This document shows positions 1 to 32,783 of a DNA stretch of 64,000 nucleotides, piece after piece. The stretch lies in contig NIVC01002954.1 of the NCBI GenBank assembly GCA_002269645.1, positions 23,441-87,440 on the forward strand. Reading direction: 5' to 3'. This DNA comes from Macrostomum lignano. Lineage: Eukaryota. A program made the translations under genes and the position numbers. Position 1 is the stretch's first letter. Each line of letters starts with the position of its first letter. The notes under the pieces are model-generated. The model saw only the letters and a list, made by a program, of their open reading frames with translations. It ran no database searches and was not told the origin of the DNA.

Positions 1-146
1 ACGCATAAGTCAATCCACCAGATCGTGTCTAAGCAGAGAGTGACAGGCTGTGGCACTGCATGCAATTTCAGGCTGGCAGTGAGAAGCTTCTGGGAGGTGA
101 GGTGGGCATTCTAAGGGAGACATGGGAAGACACGCAAAAAAACGAT

Positions 147-1252
147 GGGATTAACACCTGGATGATGGGATCTCTAATTATTTGATTAATACTTAGACGA
201 TGGGATCTCTAACTAAGGGATTAATACCTGGATATAGGGATCTCTTATTATGGGATTAATACCTGGATGTAGGGATCTCTTATTATGGGATTAATACCTG
301 GATGTAGGGATCTCTTATTATGGGATTAATACCTGGATGTAGGGATCTCTTATTATGGGATTAATACCTGGATGTAGGGATCTCTTATTATGGGATTAAT
401 ACCTGGATGTAGGGATCTCTTATTATGGGATTAATACCTGGATGATGGGATCTCTAATCAAGGGATTAATACCTGGACGATGGGATCTCTAATTAAGGGA
501 TTAATACCTGGATGATGGGATCTCTTATTAAGGGATTAATACCTTAATGATGGGACCTCTAATCAAGGGATTAATATCTGGATGATAGGATCTCTAATTT
601 TAGGATTAATACCTTAATGATGGGATCTCTTATTATGGGATTAATACCTGGATGATGGGATCTCTTATTATGGGATTAATACCTGAATGATGGGACCTCT
701 AATCAAGGGATTAATACCTGGATGATAGGATCTCTAATTATAGGATTAATACCTTAATGATGGGATCTCTTATTATGGGATTAATACCTGGATGATGGGA
801 TCTCTTATTATGGGATTAATACCTGGATGATGGGGCCTCTAATCAAGGGATTAATACCTTAATGATGGGACCTCTAATCAAGGGATTAATACCTTAATGA
901 TGGGACCTCTAATCAAGGGATTAATACCTTAATGATGGGACCTCTAATCAAGGGATTAATACCTTAATGATGGGACCTCTAATCAAGGGATTAATACCTG
1001 GATGATAGGATCTCTAATTATAGGATTAATACCTTAATGATGGGACCTCTAATCAAGGGATTAATACCTTAATGATGGGACCTCTAATCAAGGGATTAAT
1101 ACCTGGATGATAGGATCTCTAATTATAGGATTAATACCTTAATGATGGGATCTCTTATTATGGGATTAATACCTTAATGATGGGACCTCTAATCAAGGGA
1201 TTAATACCTTAATGATGGGACCTCTAATCAAGGGATTAATACCTGGATGATG
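147..1252. repeat. ~32-bp minisatellite (GGGATTAATACCTGGATGTAGGGATCTCTTATTAT variants)
   Basis: Direct tandem copies read from the sequence. Confidence 0.95.
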
Positions 1253-1275
1253 ATGAATGGCTTTTAGATAATCTG

Positions 1276-21064
<19,789 letters not shown>

Positions 21065-24000
21065 CAGTTCGAGTGAGGTGGTTGCGTGCTGAAGTAGTGA
21101 AGTGGGCGCTGTAAGATTGAAATGGGCGCTGAAGGAATGATCAGAGATGGCTACTATTGAAATAAGGGTGCGTGTATTGCAGTAGCAGAGCTTGGAAACA
21201 ATGCAGGTGTAATTAAAGGAGTATTGTACAGTATATACGCTCTATATAAAGATTTGTATTCGGAAATGCTTCGTTTTCAACTATTATACATGTGCACCAC
21301 GGACACGTTTTGATTGGGCTCAACTGACTTTAAATTTTTTATTCGGATTTGATCCATACGCTACGTACATGTACATGTGAATTTAAATTTGATACATGTA
21401 TTTTATTCCAATTTTATTATCAACAATTAGTCACGAAAGCGCCAAAGGCTGGAAACGTACAGTTAACATTCGATCTTGCTTGTCTCAAGCACTTAATTTT
21501 TCAAAATTTATAAGAGCTACAAATTGGTTTGCCACTAAACTCTCATACTTTTTGTTGTGTTAAATTTCCTAATTGCTTCAACGTACCCAATAAAGTTCAA
21601 TATAAATACAAACATCTCATCTAATAAATTAACGGTTTGTTATTTTGTTCTTTTGTTAAAACTCACCGAAACTTCAATTTTACACGAACTCAGTTTTTAT
21701 CACTCGCTGTACTCTGTACACCTGATCGAATCAAGTTGTACATAGAACATTGACGTTGCCAATGCATTAACAGCATTACGCACATGTCATGGCACTGGCA
21801 GTGATAAGATGACAGACTAAAAAAGAATCCGTTGCACTTGTTAACCATGCTAACCTATTTAAGTTCGATTGTACACTGTTACACATTAGTTCGTGTCGTC
21901 AAGCTTTACTCTTAAGTCTAGGACTCCAGTACTAGTAGCCAGTAGGTAGCCTAGTAGGCCTACGTCTGTAGTACGTAATAGGCCTTAAGCTTAGGAGGTT
22001 CTGGTTGTACTGTGTCAGTGTCTGTAGCTGTAATGTTGACGTAGTGTAGTAGGGCCTAAAATCAGAAAAAGCACTAAAATTACCACGGCACGTGGACTCA
22101 TTTTCTGGGGTTAGGCCTACAGTCATTTTGGCAAAAAGACCTTTTGGCAAAGGGCATTTCGGCGAATTAGATACTATTAGCCCCTGGTGCCATAAGCTCC
22201 TGCTGCCTATGCTGTCTATATATAAATATAATTAAATGAATGGTTAATGGGTTCCAGTAATACACATACACAGATACATTAGTTTACAAACACCAAAGTC
22301 TATCAGTCTAGAAAGCTTAAGTTTCATGCTAATTTGAAGGCTTAACTATTTATTTTAAATTAGGCCTATATACACCTATTATTTAAAGGTGCCTATGTTA
22401 TATTGTCATATGACTATTTTGCATGACTTTTCTATGAAATTATATGAATTAGGCCTAGCCTCCTAGCTAGTCCTAGATAAAGCAATTGATTAGGCTAAGG
22501 CCCTAGCTAGACCCTAGGCCTAAAAGGATCCTAGTCATTGTCAAATAGTCAAGTCAACTGGTGCTTTATCAACTAAAAAGCCATTGCCTTTAAATCACTT
22601 TATCATTTGGTCAATCAATAGGCGCATGACCAAGACCGCCACACACCAAGACCGCCACAGCTCTTACTGGCTACTGGAATTGAGGGGGAGCTACTAATCT
22701 TCCAGCATTGCTATTGGTTGTGATGGGTTGTGGAGTTAGATGAGGAGGAAGCGTCCCAAGATTGGTCACGAATAAGTGGCCCAAAACGATTGCAAGTCAA
22801 CCAGGCAATTTTAACAATATCTTTAACAAAACCACAATTTGTTACTTTTAGCAGTAGATGAGCATGAATAATGCTTTTGAGAGCAAAAGCTTGAGTAATT
22901 AGATTTAACTTCACTTTCAAAAAAGCGCCTCTCAAAATGCAATTGCAGGTTGCTGTAATTTGAAAAGTTTTTTACGAGCTCGCACATTCGTATATTCGGC
23001 GTCTGGGTGCGTAGTGCATTACGGACAAACAAATCTAAGCGTCTTGATATGTGCTATGGTATGTGGATTTAGAGGTGTCATTCATTTTGACGAAGGTTTA
23101 CATGTATTTTGACGAAAGCAAGTTAACAACTATCGTTCACTCACATAACAGAAAAAGCGCATCTTAGGCCCAATGCCTATGATATGTTACATGTCTGGAA
23201 ATGTACGAGCACGAGCACTGTGTGTATTTCATTGTGTACTCAAAGCCGGGAATTTCGGAGAAAGCAAAGGGAGGAGATGAGAGTAAATTTACATGCACAT
23301 GTAATGAGAGAATTTATGGAGAGGGGTTAGGAGATCTCGATCTCTCTCACTCTCACTCTCTCTCTCACTCATTTCACACCCACTCCCACACTGACACACT
23401 TTCTCACTCTCACTCTCTTACTCACTCACTCACTCACTCACTCACTCACTCACTCTCTCGCTTTTAATTCATTTCTGAATTTCAGGCACTATAATAAATT
23501 ACAGAATTTTTCACACATTTGATCTTTTGCCTCCGATTTTTAAATGCAAATATCCTTTACTCTCGCGCACTGCGGCAACTTTGCACAGGTACAGTGTGAG
23601 CTACATGTACATGCATTTTTTCAAAGGGTACTGATCGATAAATACTGATTTTGACAATTCTGACATCTCTTCAAAATATACCAAACTTCTTGATACATTT
23701 AATGTAATAAATGTAATACAGAGATGCACGTATGTGCATATGAGTGCAAGGTACATGTACATGTACACGTTTTCCAATCTATCTGTGACGTTTTTTCTAG
23801 CCGATCAGGAATTATCAATAGCAGTCAAATTTTTGCAGCTGAAATCACATTCAGCGTTATGCAAAAAGGAAATATTTGCGAAATCAAAAAGCCGTTTTTA
23901 AAGCACTGCAAACTGTGGTCTGAGCCTTGCCGCTCGCAAATAAGTATTGCGGTGTGATGCGCTCCGTTTATATTTCGGGAGTCCATGCGGTGGAGATGCT

Positions 24001-24979
24001 TGAATTAGGTGAAAAATATGCAAACTTGAAGATATCAGTGGATAGGGCAGATCGAAGGGAGATTTGCGAACAAATTGTTAGAAAACAATGGTTGCATACT
24101 TTTGCAAAATGCTTGCATTCATCTGTTAGAACAGTTGTAGCTAGTATCGGACATGTGAAATATGCAAAATACCATAGATCGGACCAATGGCACAATCATT
24201 TTTTATTTTAGATAGACTTCTTTTAGTCCCATCAAAGTTTGCATGTACTTCTGAGGTCATGACCTCATGCTCATGCTGTACTTGGCAGATCCAGGTTTTC
24301 GCTCCAGGGACCTCGCTTGGTTGCACTATTACACATGGGAACACCAACTGCAATATAGATGCCAAGCCCACATACGCTCGTACGTTGCTCAGAATTTAAT
24401 TGAATTCAATCTGATCACACTATATTGAATACCCGCAGCTATTTTGAAATATTTGATAGCTATATCTCTAACGCCGGCCCCTCGTAAAAAATCCGTTACT
24501 ATCCAAATCTTTTTTGTGCCCTCCTTTTGAACTCAGTACATTAATTGGAACTCACAGTTATATATACAAACAGTTTTTTTAAGCTCGACTCGAGTCCATG
24601 CAGTTCAGGGGTTGCACCCAGAGGGGGAGGGGTCAAGGGAGGAAAATTCCGGGGTCTGCCCCCTCTTGCCAGTGCCACCTCTCTCCGTAACACCCCCCCC
24701 CCCCCCTAAAATTTTTTGAGTGCGCCCCTCGTTCCGTTTAAGATTTATGGCTTGGTATTTTAAAAATGCACGGCCGTTGCATGTAGCCTATAAGCGATGA
24801 ATTTCAGAACCTATAAGAGATAACAAGTTAAGTACAGCTGTTTTTGTTACTATACGATCTATTCGTGGTAACTGGGTGGAGAGTATTTGCTTCCTGTCTT
24901 GATTTAATAAGAACCCTGAGACAGTTGGCTAACCAAGCAAGCTGTCAATGCATTCATTCTAAAAAAGTGATAAATTTTT

Positions 24980-25390
24980 GACTGAAATAAAAGTGCAGAA
25001 TGTAATGGCATGCGAAAAATGATGGCATTTAGAAGGTAATAATTAATAGCTTTACCTGTGCGCCGCATATGGACTGAAATAAAAGTGCAGAATGTAATGG
25101 TGTGCGAAAAATGTTGGCATTTAGAAGGTAATAATTAATAGCTTTACCTGTGCGCCGCATATGGACTGAAATAAAAGTGCAGAATGTAATGGTGTGCGAA
25201 AAATGATGGCATTTAGAAGGTAATAATTAATAGCTTTACCTGTGCGCCGCATATGGACTGAAATAAAAGTGCAGAATGTAATGGCATGCGAAAAATGATG
25301 GCATTTAGAAGGTAATAATTAATAGCTTTACCTGTGCGCCGCATATGGACTGAAATAAAAGTGCAGAATATAATGGTGTGCGAAAAATGA
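24980..25390. repeat. 92-bp tandem repeat, ~4.4 copies, at the 3' end of the MULE transposase
   Basis: GGACTGAAAT recurs at 25071, 25163, 25255 and 25347. Confidence 0.95.
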
Positions 25391-26433
25391 TCAAAGACGC
25401 AAATGGCATCCCGGTCCCACACAGGGTGCTGTAGCCAGGTTGCACGCACGTATTCCGTTAGCTCTAGAAGGCGCTGATTCTCTCCTGCCATTGCAGTGCA
25501 GGCTGCAAGGCCATCTAGCATGCAAGGAGCCGGCAGACAAGGAATCGAAAGCAGCATGCGTACTAATAACTTTACCGCAGGGGAAGTCGCATACTGCACC
25601 TGCAATCCAAGAGACTGGACTCGCCTGAAAACAGCCTGGCAGTAATGAAAAAAGCAGCCACGAACTTGGGCTGCTGGATAAACTAGCCGAATGGCTTGCC
25701 AGGCGGCCGACTCAAAGTCGCAGATAAATTGGACAGGTGCATTACCAGTCAACTCCCATACCTGCCGGAAGCAGGCTTGGTAGTCAGCCTGAGCCTTAAC
25801 TGACATCAGAAAGAATGCCAGTGGTACCAGACGCTCTTGATTGTCGCAGCGAATGGCTCCATGAAGGCTGTACAGCTGCATGAAAGGCGCCTTGACAATG
25901 CCGAATGTGCCATCGCAGTGCAGAATGCGTCGTGTGGACAGGATCTCCCGTTGTGTCGCAGACATGAAGACAAAGTGCCGTCCATTTGTCTCTGGCACAG
26001 TAACGTCCTGCAAATGGAACTCTGGGGGCACGTGCTCGGGATCAACCTGAAAATGGATGTTAGCTGGCTCTGCGGGGCGGCTTTTTTTACGAGAATAATT
26101 AGCATTGCGACTTAAGGAATCTATATTAATCACTGCCTGCACTTCTTGGGGTAGCTCTCTTACTTTCTCCTCAGCGATGATGCGAGCAGATTTGAATGGC
26201 GCTCGCTTTGCTTCCGCTTTTACCTGAGCTGCAATACGTCGTTTTTTAACTGGCTGATCGACTGGATCGCAGGTGTGCTCTTTCAAGGCTTCAATGGTTC
26301 CGTCTTGTCGCTTGACGGCTGAGCCCAGGCATTTCGGTGCAGTTTTGTTGCAACGGTAGTAAGTGTTGCCGTTTCGCCGGCTCTTGACATGCATCAAGCG
26401 GCCAAGATCACGCCTGACGTACTGCACCAGCAA
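25213..26433 (-). CDS. MULE-family transposase (FLYWCH-like zinc finger plus MULE DDE domain), C-terminus disrupted by a 92-bp tandem repeat
   Basis: ORF contains YYRCNK..KCLGSA..HTC, CDGTFGIVKAPFMQLYSLHG, VPLAFFLM, FICDFESAAWQAI, GCFFHYCQA. Homology stops where the ORF enters the 24980-25390 repeat, and the expected RTNNxxE motif is not seen. The start is not a clean ATG, so an upstream exon is possible. Confidence 0.85.
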   Translation of the reverse strand: MLVQYVRRDLGRLMHVKSRRNGNTYYRCNKTAPKCLGSAVKRQDGTIEALKEHTCDPVDQPVKKRRIAAQVKAEAKRAPFKSARIIAEEKVRELPQEVQAVINIDSLSRNANYSRKKSRPAEPANIHFQVDPEHVPPEFHLQDVTVPETNGRHFVFMSATQREILSTRRILHCDGTFGIVKAPFMQLYSLHGAIRCDNQERLVPLAFFLMSVKAQADYQACFRQVWELTGNAPVQFICDFESAAWQAIRLVYPAAQVRGCFFHYCQAVFRRVQSLGLQVQYATSPAVKLLVRMLLSIPCLPAPCMLDGLAACTAMAGENQRLLELTEYVRATWLQHPVWDRDAICVFDHFSHTIIFCTFISVHMRRTGKAINYYLLNAIIFRMPLHSALLFQSICGAQVKLLIITF

Positions 26434-27293
26434 GTCAAAAATAGTTTTAGAACGTATTTTTTAATAAACAGGGAGAACATCCGAAATCAAAGTAAACGAT
26501 TACTGTACATGTGATATGTGCATGCATTTTTGTGCCATACATTTTGATTGTAATAAGAGCGATTAGAGTAACTTTTGAGTGAGTGATCAGTGTGCAAGTG
26601 AGTGAGTGAGCGAGTAAGATACATGTAGAGGGTGAGAGAGTGAGTGAGTTAGTGATTGAGTGATTTAAAGTGAGCATGAAAGCTGCTTATAACAGGCCTC
26701 GTACAACTCGATCGAGGCCCAGCTCGTACAAATCACTGACTACTTTAGTGTCGTTTTTATAGGAAGCCTGTACATGTACACGCAATAAAAACGGTATGGC
26801 TGCACGACTCACCATCCCGTAACCTCTAAATACAAGTGCATGTTAGCCTGCCTGCCTGCGATCGAATTGGCAAATTTGCATTGGCAATCGGACATGCTCG
26901 AATCACACATGAAAACTCACATTATAACAAATTATAACAATGATAACCAACTCAAGGACCACATTCGAAACTGCGAATTAAGAATGCAGTTAAGTCAAGA
27001 GCCTTTTTTCACAGCTTTCTACTAATAGTAGCTGTTTATTTAGGATTGATAGTTCCTTTACAATTCAAATTGAATGAAAAAACGAGGAAGGCTCACTCAG
27101 GTCCGCCCGGCCCGCTCACCGGTTCCTCTCTCGCGGCCTTGTCGTCCCCATCTCACCCCTCCCCCAGCACCATCCAATAACATGGCGAGCCAAATTCCTC
27201 CCCCTAGCTCCCCTAAGTGTGGCGGTCTTGGTGTGTGGCGGTCTTGGTCCTACACCAATCAATAGGCCTAGACATTTAAATTTTAAATATAGT

Positions 27294-29262
27294 CAGTGTT
27301 GCTACAGGCTGCGTTTTTAACGTAGCTGCATTTTTTCTTTGAAAAATCTGCGTTTGTGCATTTTTTTCTGCGTTTTTTCATTCTGCATTTTTACTTGCTA
27401 GCTGTTTTGTTGGTGACTTAAGTGGTCCTTTTTGCTGTTGTATTATCTAAAATCCCACGTTTTATGTTTGTTGCATCAGCTTTGTTTATCTTAAAATCCA
27501 TTGTTTGAAAAATACAAAGAAAACTACTTCCTTCATTTGGGGTCGCTTCACAAGCTCGAAATTTCACAACCTCGAAAAGCACATCCTTTCAAAAATCCGA
27601 AACTTCATAGGCTCGAAAATTCACAACCTCGAAGACCATTTTAGCAGCCAACTTCATAAGCTCGAATCTTCACATCCTCAAAAACCATTTTAGCAGCCAA
27701 CTTCAAAAGCTCGAAATTTCACATCCTCAAAAGTTTTAGCAGCCGACTTCACTTTTAGTCTTTGGTTTGGGTTAGGATTGGCTAGGGTTAGGCTAGTATA
27801 GTGTTTCGAGGATGTGAAATTTCGAGCTTGCGAAAGCAACCCCTTCATTTTATTCTGCATTAGCGTGTATTTTTGTCTTTATTTTGTATATAGATCATTC
27901 GCAATCTTCCAATCATTCGCCAGTAGGACCAGCTGAGTAGGTAATACAAATTAGTTAACCATTTTAGCAATCGCTTCATCATGTCCTGCAAACTTGCAGT
28001 GTTATGTGGCAGTGATGTGACACAACATCAATAATATGGCCTAAATATTGTTGTATTGAACTGCTAAAGAACAGCAACAGCACCAAATTTGGGAAGTTTG
28101 ATTAGCACATGTGTAGGACTGTGTAATTGGGGAGGTATCAGATCAGGTGCCTAGTAGAGTAACTACAGAAGTTATTTTACAGTAGTAACTGGCGATCTTG
28201 GCTATACACAAACATGTTATACAATATTTTGGGACTCTATATCCAACATGTAGCCAACTGACTGGCTACTAACCAGAACTAGAATGACTTGCCTTTACCA
28301 CTTTACGATGGGAACTGGGAAACGTGCGCATTAGGGTAATCTATTCTATTCTATAATCTAATCTATTCTATATCCAACATGTATTGCTAATAGGCAAATA
28401 TGAACAACAATGGATAATAGATAAAAAAGTTTTAGTATAAGGAAGTTAGACCATGTGAAAAAATCGGACAGAACTTTCTGGACAACCCAATAAGTGCAGG
28501 ATAAGTTGCGTATCCTAGTTTGTCTATTAGCCAATATCCATCGGCCAATTTTTGTGCACTCGCTGGCTGCTGCTGATTAAAGAGGAAATACATAAATTTT
28601 TGCATGTGACCATTTATGACATCTGCTGGTTGGCTGGTAGCCGTGTTGATTTTGGAATAAAATGTACTGATGTACTCTCAGCCTTTTTACTATCGTATTG
28701 CTTAGCATCGTCGTGATTTTCTATTACGCATTAGATATAAGAACATGTTTCGTTGCTAATGTATCTTGTTAATCATCCTAGGGCTGCTAGTCACTTGTGT
28801 GCATTTATACAGTATAGTTGTATGTCCAGGGCACAGTGCTAGGATGTTTCAGGGCCTAGATCATTTCTCTGTATTCTACTAATAGTGCAATGTAAATTTG
28901 TTCCTCGAACTCCTTGATGTCATTCATCATTATTTGCTCAACAGACAAGGGTACAGCCTGCAGTTGTGCAACTCGAGAACAGCTTCTTAATACTTGTATT
29001 AGCTACTGACTGGCATCTAACATGTAATGTACTAGCAGTTCGCATCTAAAAATTAAGGACAGCAGGCTTCGGATTTGTTAAGAAAATTGTTGCTTTACAC
29101 GGTGCCGTGTACATATGCAAAAACACAGAGCACACCCACGTAGGCAGGGCAGAGGCATGAATGTACAATAGAGTAGTTCTGAGCTTCATTATAATTTTTA
29201 GTACTGCCTGCGTTTTTTTTATTGGCTGCGTCTATTTTTTTTAAATGCCTGTAGCAACACTG
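27294..29262. mobile_element. Non-autonomous hAT-like element, 16-bp TIR, 8-bp TSD
   Basis: CAGTGTTGCTACAGGC (27294-27309) and GCCTGTAGCAACACTG (29247-29262) are perfect inverted repeats. AATATAGT is duplicated at 27286-27293 and 29263-29270. Confidence 0.88.
27539..27842. mobile_element. MITE nested in the hAT-like element (~40-bp TIR, 8-9-bp TSD)
   Basis: GGGGTCGCTTCACAAGCTCGAAATTTCACAACCTCGAAA versus TTTCGAGGATGTGAAATTTCGAGCTTGCGAAAGCAACCC. (C)CTTCATTT is duplicated at both flanks, and the TIR is internally reiterated. Confidence 0.75.
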
Positions 29263-31034
29263 AATATAGTCACTTTGTCAATTGCCAATTGCAACTATAA
29301 CACTTTATAATGGTAGTCATTTCATCAACTCATAGGGCCTAACTATGCATTATGTATATATATAATATATGTAGTGCAGTGCAATATTATGTTTATATTT
29401 TCATGGCTATATTTAGACTATACTAAGAATTATTCTAATAAACTCTAATATAAATGAAGCAGGTTAATTAATTTTAAACTTAAAGTGCAATATACTGCAT
29501 TGACATAGGCCAGCTTCTAGTTAATTCAGTAATAAGACAATCTAGCAATGTCAATAGACAATCTGGCAATAGTCAAATTGGCAAAAGATAACCTAGCAAT
29601 AGATTTGGTATTGTAGATTTTTAGTTTTTGATGTAGATAATTATATTTTACAAATTTACATATATAGATAAGTAACTTTAAGATAGCTAGCATCTTTTCT
29701 AATAAAATGGTATATATAGCTGTACTTCTGACATAATTTAAAGTGTTACATCAAACATTTTATTGAATTAATATAATCTGATTACAAAATAAGTGTGCAA
29801 CATTTAGTGAGAATATAAAGAACATATCAATTTAATGCAGTTTCCCATTTTTAAAGCAATATTATCATTTAGGGATGCTAATTCTGGTTAACCAGTTAAC
29901 CAAAAAACCAGTTTCAGCCCCAAAAAGCAGTTTTCCAAGTACAGTTTTTGCACTTCTAAATTATTTTATTAACAATTTTTATTATTTTTTATGAACATGC
30001 TAAGTCTCATGTTACAGTTTATTTTTGTATTGTTATATCACACATCGTAATTAATACAAACTACTTATGCAAGATTTGTATCTGTTCAACTATAATTTAC
30101 AAATGACAAATGATGAATAATTATTTATAGATGAAATATATTATGAAAAGGAATAGAGCCTAATCTAATAATCATATTGATCAAATGAACAAAGCAATAT
30201 GCAATATATCTATTTTAATATTTAATATTTTAATATCTTTTTATCTGCACTATCTGCAATATATCTATTTTAATATAAAATTATTAGCTGCAACTATTAC
30301 CTATTATTTAAACAGTTCATTTTTATTGATAATAAGATAATAAGATCAGTAGAGAATGCAAAGCAGGTGTATTAATGTACTGATTTACTTTTCCAGTTAT
30401 TATTCCACTTTATCTGTTTGTACCAAAAAAAACTGCCAACCTTAACAAAATTTCCAATTGAAAATGAAAAAAATTGAATGCATCCTTCATTTGGTAATAG
30501 GCAAGTACACTAAAGAAAGAAAATATGATATGAAATCAATTTCAAGCGTATTTTTTTGGTGCAAGCACACTAAATAAATGACCTTTTTTGAATGGTCTGA
30601 CAGCAAAAATTGGAAAACTGGTTTTGAAACCAGCCTATAGGCTGGCCTATAGGCTGACCTATAGGCATGTTACTAGCAATCTAGTGCCTCCCTTTGGGGT
30701 TTGAAATAAGCAAGGAGCAAAAATTATTGATGCAAATCAATTATAAAGCACATTTTCTTAAGAACCAATTCCTTCAGTTTTATAAGTGACTTTATTTGAG
30801 TAAAATTGTCATAGACAAAGATGTTTGCTAAGGATATCTTTTTTGTAAAAGTAACAAAATAGAACAGTAAGCACCCCCCCCCCCAAATGCAATAGCAAGC
30901 ACCCCCAAAATACAATACCAAGTATCCCCCAGATAGCACCCCCAAGATAGCAAGTACCCCCCCCCCTTCCCAAGAGCAAGCCTCTTGCCTCCTGATATCA
31001 AGCATCCCCTGATCATCTAGTGCGATAATCTCTT

Positions 31035-31770
31035 ATTTATCAAGTGCAATAATCCTTGGTTTATCAAACACAGTAATCCTTAGCTTATCAAGTACAGTAA
31101 TCCTTGGTTTATCAAGCACAATAATCCTTGGTTTATCAAGCGCATTAATCCTTAGTTTATTAAGTGCAGTAAGCCTTGGTTTATCAAGTGCAGTAATCCT
31201 TGGTTTATCAAGTGAAAAAATCCTTGGTTTAACAAGTGCAATAATCCTTGGTTTATCAAGTGCAGAAATCCTTGGTTTTTTATCAAGTGCAGTAATCCTT
31301 GGTTTATCAAGTGCAGTAATCCTTGGTTTATCAAGTGCAGTAATCCTTGGTTTATCAGGTGAAAAAATCCTTGGTTTATCAAGTGCAGTAATCCTTGGTT
31401 TATCAAGTGCAGTAATCCTTGGTTTATCAAGTGCAGTAATCCTTAGTTTATCAAGTGCAGTAATCCTTGGTTTATCAAGTGCAGTAATCCTTGGTTTATC
31501 AAGTGCAGTAATCCTTGGTTTATCAAGTGCAGTAATCCTTGGTTTATCAGGTGAAAAAATCCTTGGTTTATCAAGTGCAGTAATCCTTGGTTTATCAAGT
31601 GCAGTAATCCTTGGTTTATCAAGTGCAGTAATCCTTAGTTTATCAAGTGCAGTAATCCTTGGTTTATCAAGTGCAGTAATCCTTGTTTATCAAGTGCAGT
31701 AATCCTTGGTTTATCAAGTGCAGTAATCCTTATCAAGTGCAGTAATCCTTGATTTAGCAGTAATCCTTTC
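31035..31770. repeat. 24-bp minisatellite (AAGTGCAGTAATCCTTGGTTTATC)
   Basis: Tandem copies. Confidence 0.95.
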
Positions 31771-32292
31771 AAGAGTAATCCTTACTTTCAAAAATCCAAG
31801 ATGTATAGGAACTAAGAGCTTTCAAATGTTACAATGCTAATACTTCTATCCTACTATTCCACTACCAATGTTGTGCTATAGTTGTGCTAAATTGCATTAG
31901 TGCTATTTGTCCTATTCTAAAAAAATCCTACAAATGCCCAATTCTATTGGGTTTTCAATATATAAATTTATTTCCAAGGAATTGATTGTAAAACATAGCT
32001 CAATACATTTTTATTAGCAGTTCTAGTATCATTCAAATATACTTTGGTAGCATTTCTGATATATTCTAGTAGCATTAATGTAATATAGTCTAAGTAGTCA
32101 TTTTGGTATATATATTATTTCTAATCTAGTCAATACTTAGATTAGAGGGTCATGGCACTACTCTTTGTATATTTGCATAGGCTACCAACTCTCTAATAAA
32201 TCTCTGAAGCATTTTTAGTATGGTCATTTATAGCAATTTGTCAATTTGTTTGTGTTGTAAATTTGTATTTGTATTGCCCCATTACACTGCCA

Positions 32293-32667
32293 TTTTTTAT
32301 TTTTATTAGAGGCAGGGGAGTTGTGTGCACCCTGGCGCACTTTAAGCGACATAGGCACACAACCGGCGAGAGGCATTACTGCCCATTCCGCCGACTCCCC
32401 TGAGCAGGCCGCAAGCGCGCGGATACGTACGCAGGCACACACTCACATAGGAGTGTACAGCAGCCCTAACTTTATTTTATCGTTAGGCATGTACACTTCA
32501 CTGCGCCTTGGGGGGGGGGGGTTGGCTCTCAAGGCCGTTAATTGCACAAGCGAGCCAAGCCAAGATTCCAATCCAGCCCCAAATTAATGTGGCTGCACTT
32601 GGAATCGAGCCTGGGTCGCTAGCACATCAGAGCAGCTGCGCTACCGCTGGGCTACAGCCCCCCTCTC
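32293..32667 (-). mobile_element. tRNA-derived SINE, full-length copy
   Basis: Reverse complement of 41905-42263. A-rich tail at 32293-32307, pol III A/B-box-like head at ~32590-32662, flanked by CATTACAC(T/C)GCCA direct repeats. Confidence 0.8.
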
Positions 32668-32783
32668 ATTACACCGCCAAGAATGATAAATAATAACAAA
32701 CAATTAAATAATGAATCATTGAATATTAACTTTTAAAACTTTTAAAACTTGCCCCATTACAATGCCAAGAATTGCCCCATTAC

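Larger units (their letters stand above)
22622..27255 (-). mobile_element. Mutator-like (MULE) DNA transposon, full length with TIRs and 10-bp TSD
   Basis: Left end GCGCATGACCAAGACCGCCACACACCAAGACCGCCACA (22622-) is the inverted repeat of the right end (..TGTGGCGGTCTTGGTGTGTGGCGGTCTTGGTCCTACAC, -27255). Identical flanks CAATCAATAG at 22612-22621 and 27256-27265. A MULE transposase ORF lies inside. Confidence 0.9.

Noticed and set aside
72-96. Candidate 25-nt upstream DGK exon (CAG|GCTGGC...GGAG|GTGAGG), phase-compatible with the acceptor at 1267
   Set aside because: Too short to support without transcript data, so it is mentioned only as a possibility.
23927-24399. Short Cys/His-containing ORFs inside the MULE (possible RING/PHD cargo)
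   Set aside because: The ligand spacing does not fit a recognised finger in any single frame. It would need blastx to assess.
29870-31010. TAGGGATGC start suggesting another hAT element
   Set aside because: No matching right TIR with a TSD could be found.
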